Assembly (NCBI GenBank): GCA_019828565.1
Contig: JAHDYR010000024.1
Coordinates: 404,834-468,833 of the forward strand
Length of the DNA stretch: 64,000 nt
Reading direction: 5' to 3'
DNA from: Carpediemonas membranifera BICM
Lineage: Eukaryota > Protista > Fornicata
Position 1 is the first letter of the stretch; every line of letters starts with the position of its first letter. Positions 41,354 through 51,889 of the stretch are shown in pieces. A program made the translations under genes and the position numbers. Below the pieces are notes generated by a model, which was not told the origin of the DNA, did not search any database, and was given only the letters and a program-made list of their open reading frames with translations.

Positions 41354-41662
41354 GTTGCGCGGAGTGACGCTTGGCTCGGGTCGATCGGGCAAACCTGCTC
41401 GGGTGTCAGCCCCACCGGGGGTAAACGGGGCCGTGTAGTACAGGGTCTAGGGGCGGGCTGGCCCTGGGGCATGGTTCGCATGGTCATTCTACAGTGGGGC
41501 TCAGTCCCTGACAGGAGAATGGACGATGGCCCACCCCTGAGGATGTAAACACTGAATAAACACTGCCTGCTGCCTGTTGGGGTCTCTCTGGGCAGTATTG
41601 CTGCTGCGGCTAACCTGCTCTCCAACAGCTCGAGGAGGAGAGAACTAGTCTAATACTCGTCG

Positions 41663-43246
41663 ATGGCGCATATCGTCCGTTCAAAGCGCGATCTGACGTT
41701 CACAACTGGGAAACTAGCGACGGGAGAACAAGTGGGCCCCGGTTCCTACGATCCTGACGCGAAATTCCACAAGTTCAACAGCGGAGCACCGTTCCGCTCG
41801 ACCACTCGGCGTGATTTCCTTGATATGTCCGCTCAGGCTGAGCTTCCTGGCCCAGGAACATACACATCTTCGCCAACGGGCTCCGCGGGCGCTGTTTCGC
41901 TATCGAAGAGCGCCCGCTTCGCCGCAGCGCGAAAGGACCCTGTCCCAGGCCCGGGACAGTACGAGAGCCCAGGTTCGATCAACTCCAGCAAGGGACCGTC
42001 GTTCAAGCCGCACGACCACCAGGGCGAGGCCCGTGCGGTCCAGTGGGTGCGACAACAGACTGCCCCCTCGATCCCACGGGGCGCACAGTCGTTCGGATAC
42101 GATGAGACACCGTCCCGTGTGCTCATCCAGCAGGGCCCGCCGCAGGAGATGCTGAGCGGTGATCCTACGAACTCAGTCGGCCCGGGACAGTACGAGCTCG
42201 GCCCCACGCCGGTCAAGCGGGCGGCCAAGTCAGCGTCGTGGGCCCGGTCGCAGTCGAACCGGGGCGACTACATCCCCAACCGTAAGACCCCAGGTGTTGG
42301 GGACTACAACGTCGCCCAGTCCTCTGCCCCGCTGTCCGCCTCGGCCAACTTCAAGTCGTCCATCAACCGGTTCAAGAACACCGCCCCGACCCTGCTCAAC
42401 CCAGGGCCCGGGGAGTACGAGGTGAGTCAGCCGATCGCCCAGGTAAGGACCCAGAGCGCGTACCAGGGCTTTGGCCATGCTCAGAGGGACTGTGCCCGCA
42501 TGAACGGCGGGGCAGGGCCAGGTCCCGGGTCGTACGACGTCCACGTCGGGGAGGTCAACGGCCTGATGACCAGCTCGCGTCTCAAGTACAAGGGGTTGCC
42601 ATCCAGACGGTCGGGCGTCGACTCGTTCAACTCCTCCGCACCCAGGTTCAGCTCAAAGAAGCCCGCAGAGCTTCCAGGTCCAGGTTCGTACGAACCCCGC
42701 CCCGTGTCGAGGCCCGAGCCCGCCCGGCTGGCCCCCTTTGGTCGGACAACCGGCCGTTTCTCCAACGACACGAAGGAGGGCCCCGACCCTGGAGCATACT
42801 ACCAGCGCACACCCGCCAAGAAGCCTGTCAGGGCCTCTGCGGCATTCGCGGACCGGTCGTCCCGTTTTGAGGGCCCGACGTCGCTGTGGGCGACTGCCCG
42901 GGTCGACCGGAGGCCCGCCCCTATGTATGAGCTCGTCGCTGCCATAAACGAGGAGCACGGACGCCAGCCCGCCCCCCACAGTGCACCGCCCGCCCGCCGC
43001 GTTCCATTCGGGAGCACGCAGCCCAGCGACCGCAACTCCTTCCTGGCCAAGGGGCCGAGAGACATCCCCGGGCCTGGTGAGTACATGCCGGACAAGCCTG
43101 CTCGGAAGACGAGTGTGGGGCTGTCCCGGTCGGCGCGGTTCAACAGGGGCGGGGTGGAGGAAAGACCGGGGCCCGGGTACTACTACACGGAGGGCAGCAC
43201 CATGGTCAAGCGGAGCTTCAATGTAACGATAGACAGACTCGACTGA
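41663..43246 (+). CDS. Sperm-tail PG-rich (SHIPPO/STPG/ODF3-like) repeat protein
   Basis: About 11 (P/V)GPG.Y repeats preceded by F.S...RF motifs. Confidence 0.9.
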   Translation: MAHIVRSKRDLTFTTGKLATGEQVGPGSYDPDAKFHKFNSGAPFRSTTRRDFLDMSAQAELPGPGTYTSSPTGSAGAVSLSKSARFAAARKDPVPGPGQYESPGSINSSKGPSFKPHDHQGEARAVQWVRQQTAPSIPRGAQSFGYDETPSRVLIQQGPPQEMLSGDPTNSVGPGQYELGPTPVKRAAKSASWARSQSNRGDYIPNRKTPGVGDYNVAQSSAPLSASANFKSSINRFKNTAPTLLNPGPGEYEVSQPIAQVRTQSAYQGFGHAQRDCARMNGGAGPGPGSYDVHVGEVNGLMTSSRLKYKGLPSRRSGVDSFNSSAPRFSSKKPAELPGPGSYEPRPVSRPEPARLAPFGRTTGRFSNDTKEGPDPGAYYQRTPAKKPVRASAAFADRSSRFEGPTSLWATARVDRRPAPMYELVAAINEEHGRQPAPHSAPPARRVPFGSTQPSDRNSFLAKGPRDIPGPGEYMPDKPARKTSVGLSRSARFNRGGVEERPGPGYYYTEGSTMVKRSFNVTIDRLD

Positions 43247-43461
43247 GACCGGGTTGTCGGGCGAACAGTAAACTTATGATGGTGCGGTGGGGATGGGGTG
43301 AGGGAACAAGCCTGGCAATATGGTGGCCATTGGACGACCATGTCCAACAACGGCCCCACCCTCATCCATCGGTAATTGCGGCTCAACAATTGGATCATCT
43401 AGGAATTTAAGGCGCCCTAGAATTTAAGCTTCGCATAACCAAAACCTCAACCCTTAAACCC

Positions 43462-44778
43462 ATGGATTCCCTCGTTTCCCGTCTCGAAAACGCTGTTGCC
43501 CGTATGGAAACCCTTATCACTGGCAAGCCCGGCGAGATCGGCGCTCCTGCTGCTGCTGCTGCCTCATCAGCTCCTCAAGCCGCTGAAGTCGATCCCCTCG
43601 TCACCCAGCTTGACAAGATCATCCAGGACACATTTGGCAAGATCGATAAGGAGGCTGCAACCATCGGTGAGGATGTTGCGGCCGCTTCCGCCGAGGTCAT
43701 GTCAGTTCTCGCCATGATGCGTGATTTCGTCGACATCTCCCTCCGCGCCAAGAAGCCCGGTATGGCTGAGCTCGCTGAGGCCACTAAGCCCATGTTCGAG
43801 CTTGCGATGAAGCTTGCAGACCCCGATCGCCGCTCGGCCCACTACGACCACCTCAAGACGTTCGGCGAGGCCATGTCTGCGCTGCAGTGGCTCGTCATGG
43901 ACCCCAGCATGGGCACGCCCGCCGGGTATGTCAAGGAGATCGGCGGCAGCGCCATGATGTACGCCAACCGGGTCCGCAAGGGCCAGGCGGGCTGGGACAC
44001 GGTGGACACGCGCTTCGCCACGGCCATCGACGCCTTCTTCAAGCAGCTCGAGGAGTACATCCGCGAGAACTTCAAGACTGGGCTCAAGTGGTGCCCCAAC
44101 GGCGCCGACCTCAAGTCCATCCATCCTGCCATGAAGACCGCCCCTAACCCCCCCACTGGCGGCGGTCTGTTTGACGCGTTCGACGGCAAGGACCCGACGA
44201 CGATGATGAAGCACGTGACGAAGGACATGAAGACGAAGAACCAGCCGAAGCAGGCCCCCGTCAAGCCCCAGGCCCCCGCCAAGAAGCCGGTGGCCGCCAA
44301 GAAGGACGCCCCCGCCCGCCCCCCCAAGACGGAGCTCGTAATGCGGAAGTGGACCATTGAGAACTATGTCGGGGACAAGGTCATCGTGCACGAGGCCGAG
44401 AGCGGGCAGTCTGTCTACCTGTACAACCTCGTCGACTGCGTCGTCCAGCTACCAACCAAGTTCAACCAGCTCACGGTCGACAACTGCAGGGGTTGCGGCA
44501 TCATCGTCGAGACGACGACAGCCTCGATTGAGGTGATCAACTCGAAGAAGCTCGAGGTGCAGATTAACGGCACCTGCCCGACCATGACGATCGACAACAC
44601 CCGCGGCATCCAGGTCCACCTGTCCGAGACTGCTGCCGCCGTCGAGCTCCACTCCTCGACGTCCACGGACATGAACGTCCTGCCTATGTGGCTCGAGGAG
44701 GAGATCCCCGTTCCCCAGCAGTTCGTCCACAAGCTCGTCGACGGCAAGCTCCACACCACCACCGAGGAGCATGTGTAA
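43462..44778 (+). CDS. CAP: Adenylyl cyclase-associated protein (CAP/Srv2)
   Basis: LVSRLENAVARME, F.TGLKW, a WH2-like MKHVTKDMKT, and a C-terminal CARP beta-helix ending EIPVPQQF. Confidence 0.95.
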   Translation: MDSLVSRLENAVARMETLITGKPGEIGAPAAAAASSAPQAAEVDPLVTQLDKIIQDTFGKIDKEAATIGEDVAAASAEVMSVLAMMRDFVDISLRAKKPGMAELAEATKPMFELAMKLADPDRRSAHYDHLKTFGEAMSALQWLVMDPSMGTPAGYVKEIGGSAMMYANRVRKGQAGWDTVDTRFATAIDAFFKQLEEYIRENFKTGLKWCPNGADLKSIHPAMKTAPNPPTGGGLFDAFDGKDPTTMMKHVTKDMKTKNQPKQAPVKPQAPAKKPVAAKKDAPARPPKTELVMRKWTIENYVGDKVIVHEAESGQSVYLYNLVDCVVQLPTKFNQLTVDNCRGCGIIVETTTASIEVINSKKLEVQINGTCPTMTIDNTRGIQVHLSETAAAVELHSSTSTDMNVLPMWLEEEIPVPQQFVHKLVDGKLHTTTEEHV

Positions 44779-44970
44779 AGTTGCTACTGAATGAATGATG
44801 CTCCGCTGTCCCGGGCACTGATGTGAGCATTGTCGTCCCGATGTCACCCGGCTGGGCATCGGTATGTCGGACCCTGTACCGACCGTCAAGCAGTGGAAGG
44901 GGCGCGCGTTGTCACGTCTCATCGAGATCGGATCCCGTCCCGGGAGGCCTTGGCATTTCTCTAGGTCTAA

Positions 44971-46555
44971 TGATGTCTGCGGCTGCAAACGTCTCACTGG
45001 ACGTCAAAGACAGTCTTATTGACGCTTATCATGTTGCCGTAGCAGTAACATCCACAATTGCTGGCGATGTGCCTTCTCTGCTTCGTCACGCCTATTCGCG
45101 ACAATTCGGGCAGATCCTGCCCACGGGGAACGATCAGAAGACCATATTATTACCAACAAGCAACGCATCGCCTGAATCCCTCCTCGATAAGCTGATCAGT
45201 TTCCCTCTTCTCGACGATAAGGCGCAGCCCCTCCTCGACCGCGCCCGGTCGATCCTCGCAGACGGCCCGCAACTGTCCATGAACGTTGAACTCGCGGATG
45301 GCGAGGAGCTCACGGCCGCCCTGCATACGCTGAACCAGGGCGCGGTGTGGGCATGTCTGCTGAGTGGCGGGGCCAACCCCGACCTCGAGGACATGGTGTT
45401 GAAAGATACCCAAGAACAGCAGCCGCGTAACAATATGGCGCACAGTAGGATCCGTAGTTTCTTTGTCTCGAATGCCAAGTGCCTCTGGTTCCTCTGCCGC
45501 AAGTTCTTCTTCACCTGGAACGTCGCCGAGAAGGACGGTGAGTGTTGTCAGTGTTTGGGGTACAACAGTTGCTACCACCACCGCATGTACATGGGCCGAC
45601 TCTTCATGCTCCACACGAAGCATCACACCGCCTCACCAGGGCCATGATGCCCAGGGCACTAGAGGTCTGCAGCGACGAGCTCACCCACATCGCCAGGACT
45701 CCCAAGGGCCTGTGGGGCTGGGGGTATAGTGATGGTGGTCAGCTGGGGTTCGAGTCAGATGGCTTCGGCGACCCGACCCGCCTCACCTTCCCCGCCTGCC
45801 CCGATGTCGCCGAGCTCGAGGCCAGCCTGCCCCCCTGGGAGAAGCACAGGATGGTGACAGATGTGTCGATGAAGGGCGGTCAGTCATTCATACTCACCCC
45901 GGTCGGCACAGTCACTGCCGGCGAGGATGCGGTCCTCTTCGCTGGCAGGGTCGAGGAGAACAGCTATCGCTTCAACCCAGTTGCTGTACCAACTGGCTTT
46001 GTCCCAGAACGCGTAATGCATGATGAATGCACTGTTATCCTCTCCATGGGCGCTCGGCAGGTGATCAGCGGTGACAATGGTTACGGCCGACTGGGACTGG
46101 GGCATGAGAATGAGATGACTGGGTTCGTCGACCTTCCCTTCAGGGTCGACCGGATCATGCCCTCGAGCGATGAGTTTGCAGTGTACATCAGCCGACGCCA
46201 GCTGTTGTTCGCTGGTCTTGTCGGGCAGCACATTGCCCAGACTGGCCTGCTGCCTGACACCGACTTCTGCTACACACCCACTCCACTCCGATTCCCATGC
46301 TCTGTGCAGGCGTGGTGCTGCACAGACCTCGCCCTCGTGTGGGTCTGCCCGGGTCAGACCCACTTCAGCGAGCGGTACCCCCACCGGCAAATCACGGTCC
46401 CGTTTGAGGCGACGGCGTTTGCTACCTCTGAACACGTGGTCTGCTTCCAACAACCCTCGGGCCAGTGGTTCGAGACTGGCCTGCAGGGCGATGTTGTTGA
46501 GTGTTGTGCCCCTGAAATGTCCTATCGTATTGACCGGGTTCAGTTCCTGGCGTGA
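44971..46555 (+). pseudogene. RCC1-like family paralogue split by a 1-nt frameshift near 45629
   Basis: ORFs 44823-45647 and 45542-46555 together align with 29741-31300. CACACC-GCCTCACC here versus CACACCTGCTTCACC in the paralogue. Confidence 0.75.
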
Positions 46556-47502
46556 TAAATAATATGAATCTCATAAGTCCACTTGTTGCTGGTCATGGCA
46601 TTGAGGTGACTCATCTGATGTTCACCGTATCTGTAGTGGTAGTATATGAACATCCTACAACTCTTGAGGGGTGTGCAGAATGCATCGGATGCATTAATGG
46701 TGTCGTGCATTTCAGACTTGGGCCGAGTCTGACCCTCGTCAGATGCGTCTCGGCTCGGCAGGCTCCACTCCCCTGTAAATGAAGATTCGGACCTGATCAT
46801 TGATTGAAACAGCTGGTCACCCGTGCATCTTCCCCAGTCAGTCAAGTCACACGCATAGCCTCCAGCTCGGCCTGGTCGATTGTCCTGGGTGGCTATCGAC
46901 GAGGTTATCGTGAAGACCAGGAGGGGAGGCCGTGTATCTGCAGATATGTGCGATCTTTCCGACCGCTGTGGCAGACTCAACGACGCGCTGGTTCATTGAC
47001 TCAAGCCTAGGAATACCGAAGGCCACTCGCCTCTCGACCTCGCACCGGATACCTCAGACACCACAACATCCCATCAGGCCGGCTATATGTTAGCAGAGCT
47101 TGCTACTTGGCGGAAACAGCCCTTCCGGACAGAAGTCGCGTGGTACAGTGATTTATAACTGGGAAGCAGACCCGGACCCGACTCAAGCAAGGGTCAACAT
47201 CAGATCCAAATGTCGACTCATCTCCAGTAAGTTTCAGTCGTTGCTGTACTTTATCAGCAGGTCCATGGGTTGACTTCAATGGGGATAACTGCTTTCAAGT
47301 CAGGCGGTGCCTCGCACTCCTCCCTCGCAGCAGCCTCATCTGAGCATTGCTGGCTAGCTGGAACGGTCCTCCTATGCTGTCGAACGAGGGTTCAGCGATG
47401 AGAACAAGCAGTGATCATGGCCAGAGCCCTGTTCAACATCAACCGACCGTGCCTCCTCATAAATGGATCACTCAGTCAGGCCAAATCGCATTTACAAACC
47501 GC

Positions 47503-48789
47503 CTACACAAAATCGTCGTGGCCGTCATCACCAGGCCGGGCGTGCCGCTGCAGCAGACCAGTGTTGTCGGCATCGCCCATTCCAGGGGACATGACGGGAT
47601 AGGCTTGCAGGGGTGACACAAGCCCGCCCTGTGTCATTCTCATTTCATCGCCGACGAAGCCCTCGAGGCTCTCACTCATTCCGGCGGTAACAGTGATGAC
47701 TGGCGATGCCACGAAGCGGTGGAAGAGACCAAACGCGTCCGTCTTCCAGGTGAACGCGAAATGGACGGTGGAGTCTGGCAGAGCGACGTTGACGCGGTCA
47801 CAGGCGGCGTGCATGCGGCCCTCGAGCTGCGTGCGGCGCATTTGGATGAAGTAGCGCTGGAGGAGGGAGCTGACGAGCATGAACGCGATCATGAGGACTA
47901 TGAGCAGCAGGCCGGCCATGAGGGCCGTCGACACGGCCATGGAGTTCCAGAAGAGCATGGCGTAGAGGCAGTAGGGGATGAGCATGCAGACTCCGAGGAC
48001 AAAGGGCGCCGCCGTGAAGATGAGGTTGTAGCGGTGAACATCCACGGTCATGCTCGTGATCGTCCGCATCGCGTTGTCCCAGGTGGGCTTGGTGACGAGG
48101 TCAGCGAGGCACTCGGGGTGTTTCCGCTCCCACTGGTGGCCCAGGAGGTACCGCGCAGACATACCGATGGAGTACTCCACGCCGTGGGCCTCGTGTAGCT
48201 CGGGAACGTCGAGGACGACAGCGATTTTGAGGTTGGACGGGAACCGCATGCGGTAGGGTCGCCAGGGCTGCCTGTACGTGCCGCGGAACACGCGCAGGGA
48301 GACATGCACGCCCATATCAGCCAGGTTGTGGCTCACGGCGATGCGACGGAGGGCGGCCTCGACGCGGCGAGCGTAATCCCAGTGAAGGGCGACGACGGCA
48401 CCGTAGCCAAGGGCAGAGGAGAGATAGAAGAGCCACGGGATGCAGATGATCAGCGCCAGGGCCAAGCCGATGGCGACTGACCCGAAGATGCAGACAACGA
48501 AGCCGGCGACAAAGAGGAGCGCAAGAAGCACATTGATGATGGGGTCGACGAGCCGGGAGAAGTTTCGGACGGCGAGCAGCTCGTGCACAATGGACCGATA
48601 TGATGCGTCGGATATTTTGTCCATGTACACCTCTGGGAGGCCGTCGATGCCGCCGTATGGGGCTGGATAGATTGGAATATGGAAAGGGACGCTTTGCTGG
48701 ACCGGAGGGTTGAAGTCAAACTCTTCCCCGATCATATCTGCGGCGTCCACGAAGTCATCCTCCTCGAAAGGGGGTTCGTTCATTGACAT
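47503..48789 (-). CDS. Membrane protein with two internal repeats, each containing a TM hairpin
   Basis: Two segments with the pattern P..L/Y.D..S/T...Y/W, then two TM helices, then R.E..L/M...VH. Confidence 0.75.
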   Translation of the reverse strand: MSMNEPPFEEDDFVDAADMIGEEFDFNPPVQQSVPFHIPIYPAPYGGIDGLPEVYMDKISDASYRSIVHELLAVRNFSRLVDPIINVLLALLFVAGFVVCIFGSVAIGLALALIICIPWLFYLSSALGYGAVVALHWDYARRVEAALRRIAVSHNLADMGVHVSLRVFRGTYRQPWRPYRMRFPSNLKIAVVLDVPELHEAHGVEYSIGMSARYLLGHQWERKHPECLADLVTKPTWDNAMRTITSMTVDVHRYNLIFTAAPFVLGVCMLIPYCLYAMLFWNSMAVSTALMAGLLLIVLMIAFMLVSSLLQRYFIQMRRTQLEGRMHAACDRVNVALPDSTVHFAFTWKTDAFGLFHRFVASPVITVTAGMSESLEGFVGDEMRMTQGGLVSPLQAYPVMSPGMGDADNTGLLQRHARPGDDGHDDFV

Positions 48790-49016
48790 TGTGAGGATGC
48801 GTTCGCACTGCAAAGCTGCGCGTGCTATATCCGGAGTTGCCTGACTGGGAACCCGCTGTGTATGGCTCAGGTAGTGGCATCGAACGACGTCTGTATGCGG
48901 CGGGCTTGGATTTCGACAGGATGTGGTTTATCCAGAGAGCCAGGGGAGGGGAGAAGGGATCAATAGTCTTCTAGCAGCAGTCCCCAGCCGCACTGCACAC
49001 ACCAGAGGCTGGCTAC

Positions 49017-49382
49017 ATGCCACAGGCCGTGGGAGGCTCCATGCCCATAACGCAGGTTAACCTCAGAACGAACGCGCAGACGATGAGCGAACGTAGAGCA
49101 GACAAAAGAAACCCATACACTGACGAGTCATTTGCATCATTGGACATGCCGACGCTCGTAGACTCCCTGATTGTGAAGGCATACGACCGTGCGAAAGAAT
49201 TCGTCCGTCAGCGGCCCAATGAGATTATTGAGGAGGTATCAGAGCGCGAAGAGGCACTCATGGACGAAATTGAGCGGCTGAAGAAGTCCAATCTGTATCT
49301 AGAAGGCATCGTCCGGGTTAAGAACGACGAAATCGCCGAGCTCGTGGAGATTATCCGCAGCATCTCGCAAGAGGACGACTAG
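49017..49382 (+). CDS. Small coiled-coil protein
   Basis: 121-aa ORF with a heptad C-terminus LMDEIERLKKSNLYLEGIVRVKNDEIAELVE. Confidence 0.65.
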   Translation: MPQAVGGSMPITQVNLRTNAQTMSERRADKRNPYTDESFASLDMPTLVDSLIVKAYDRAKEFVRQRPNEIIEEVSEREEALMDEIERLKKSNLYLEGIVRVKNDEIAELVEIIRSISQEDD

Positions 49383-49423
49383 ACGTTTACTACAGCTATG
49401 ATATTATAGGATAAACGCGCCCA

Positions 49424-50168
<745 letters not shown>

Positions 50169-50544
50169 TGTTGAACGATGCTCGTGGTTTTGGTCCTCGA
50201 AAAGTCGGTCGAGTCGACCTGTTTCCATCCAAGTACCGCCCCAGCTGAATGCACCGATGCAATGTACAGCAGACGCGATGCTGTGTTACCTGCTCTGTTT
50301 TTGTACCCAGACTCGTGCTTCGCGGCATGGCCCTAATCAAATCCTGCCAGTCAAAAATCGAAAACGATGCCAGGCAGCCTTCTTTCTCTGTGAGCCAATC
50401 GCGCCTTGCGTTAAATCACTTGAATTCACCCGATTTGAATTGATTTCAATTATCTCGACACCTGTGTGTCGAAGTTTTGTCGACTTGCCTCGTCGACGAT
50501 TCGAACGGTGTTTGTTTGAGCTTTGTAGCCTTTATTCAGTATCC

Positions 50545-50817
50545 ATGGCTAAGAGAACGAAGAAGGTCGGTGTTACTGGCAAGTACGGTACTCGCTATGG
50601 TTCTTCTCTCCGTAAGATGGCCAAGAAGATCGAGATCGCCGCCCACTCCCGCTATGTGTGCCCCTACTGCGGCAAGCACAGCGTGAAGCGCACTGCTGTC
50701 GGTATCTGGTCCTGCCGTGGCTGCGGAAAGACCATGGCCGGCGGTGCCTGGTCTCTCAACACCACCGCTGCCGTCACCGCTCGCGCCACCATCCGCCGCC
50801 TCCGCGAGTCCCTGTAA
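50545..50817 (+). CDS. RPL37A: 60S ribosomal protein eL43 (L37a)
   Basis: [24 protein letters not shown]...CPYCGK...GIWSC. Confidence 0.98.
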   Translation: MAKRTKKVGVTGKYGTRYGSSLRKMAKKIEIAAHSRYVCPYCGKHSVKRTAVGIWSCRGCGKTMAGGAWSLNTTAAVTARATIRRLRESL

Positions 50818-50962
50818 ACGGCTAGCATCGTAAACCTCCAATGCGTCAGTTTGTTGTTTTATGGGTGAACTTTCGTCCCTTTGTCGCCATGCTTCGTTTG
50901 CAACAAAACGGGAAGAAGGCAGCTGGTTGATCCAATTTAAAGGTAGTGCACAGGTACAACGC

Positions 50963-51576
50963 TCAGAACACGAACTCTTCCTCCTCCTCAGCCGGGCCAA
51001 GGCCAGGCTCGTCAACTCTGCAAATGGCAAATGGCGTAACCTTGCCAGCGGTGGCAGGCAGCTCAATGCCAATAATTCTGCATCGACATACTCCACCCTC
51101 ACGGATGACCCTATTGGCATTGTCGCCAGTGCCGACCCAGGTCACTGGGGTGGATGTGGAGTCGAAAACGTAACCAGATAGACGCTAGGTAAAGGGGCGA
51201 GCGTTGGACAAACGGATTGATCGACGAACACACGCATGGGGCCAGCGGTCGCATGGAAGCCAGTCTCATGCGCCGTGCCGACGATGACGTCGATGACCTC
51301 GTTGATCATCGGGACAAAAACGAGGGCGCTGTATCTCACCTTGAACGAGGCAGAGCCGCCATAGCGTACAGCAGACTCATTGGACTCGGATTCTGGCAGT
51401 AGGAAACCTTCTGAGATTTCCATATTCCCGATAACGGCTACAATTGAGCCGATTCCGTGAAGGTATCGACCTTCGACCTCGCTCTTGAGGATATCCTTGA
51501 TATATCTCTGCATACCAGAGTTATAGTACTTGGGCGGCACATGGACGCGCCTACTAAGAGTCATACGCATCAACAT
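50963..51576 (-). CDS. RPB7: RNA polymerase II subunit RPB7; intron at 51185-51213
   Basis: VPPKYY...VEG..G.IVAV, F.V.Y.ALVFVP..NEVID, GPMRVFV. The second exon supplies the S1-domain end (RCRIIG). Confidence 0.88.
51185..51213 (-). other. 29-nt intron
   Basis: GTTTGT...TTTACCTAG restores the frame into ORF 50963-51145. Confidence 0.85.
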
Positions 51577-51889
51577 GCCTGTTTTCGGGGAGCCGCGTTC
51601 GCGTCTGCAGAAAACTGCAAGTCTAGAATTCCGGCCCTGTAACGTTAGTCAGGGTATGCTAGGCATGTAACGGCTCAGTACACTCGTACCAGCATCATGC
51701 TAGCGAGCTTGTTTGGTCACCCCGGCATGAAGCTCTCCGGAAATAATATTGGAGGGTCCCCAAGCACGTCACACAATCAGCAGATGCGGCACGTAGCGTC
51801 CTGGCATCATGTCTGCCTGGCCGGCTCTGGCCGCGATCTCGCAACGAGTCGCGGAGCGACTTGTGAGAGACAAGCAAACAGGCCATATC

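Noticed and set aside
45600-45650. Programmed frameshift in the RCC1-like paralogue
   Set aside because: There is no slippery heptamer. A single missing base in a short C run is more simply a mutation or a sequencing error.
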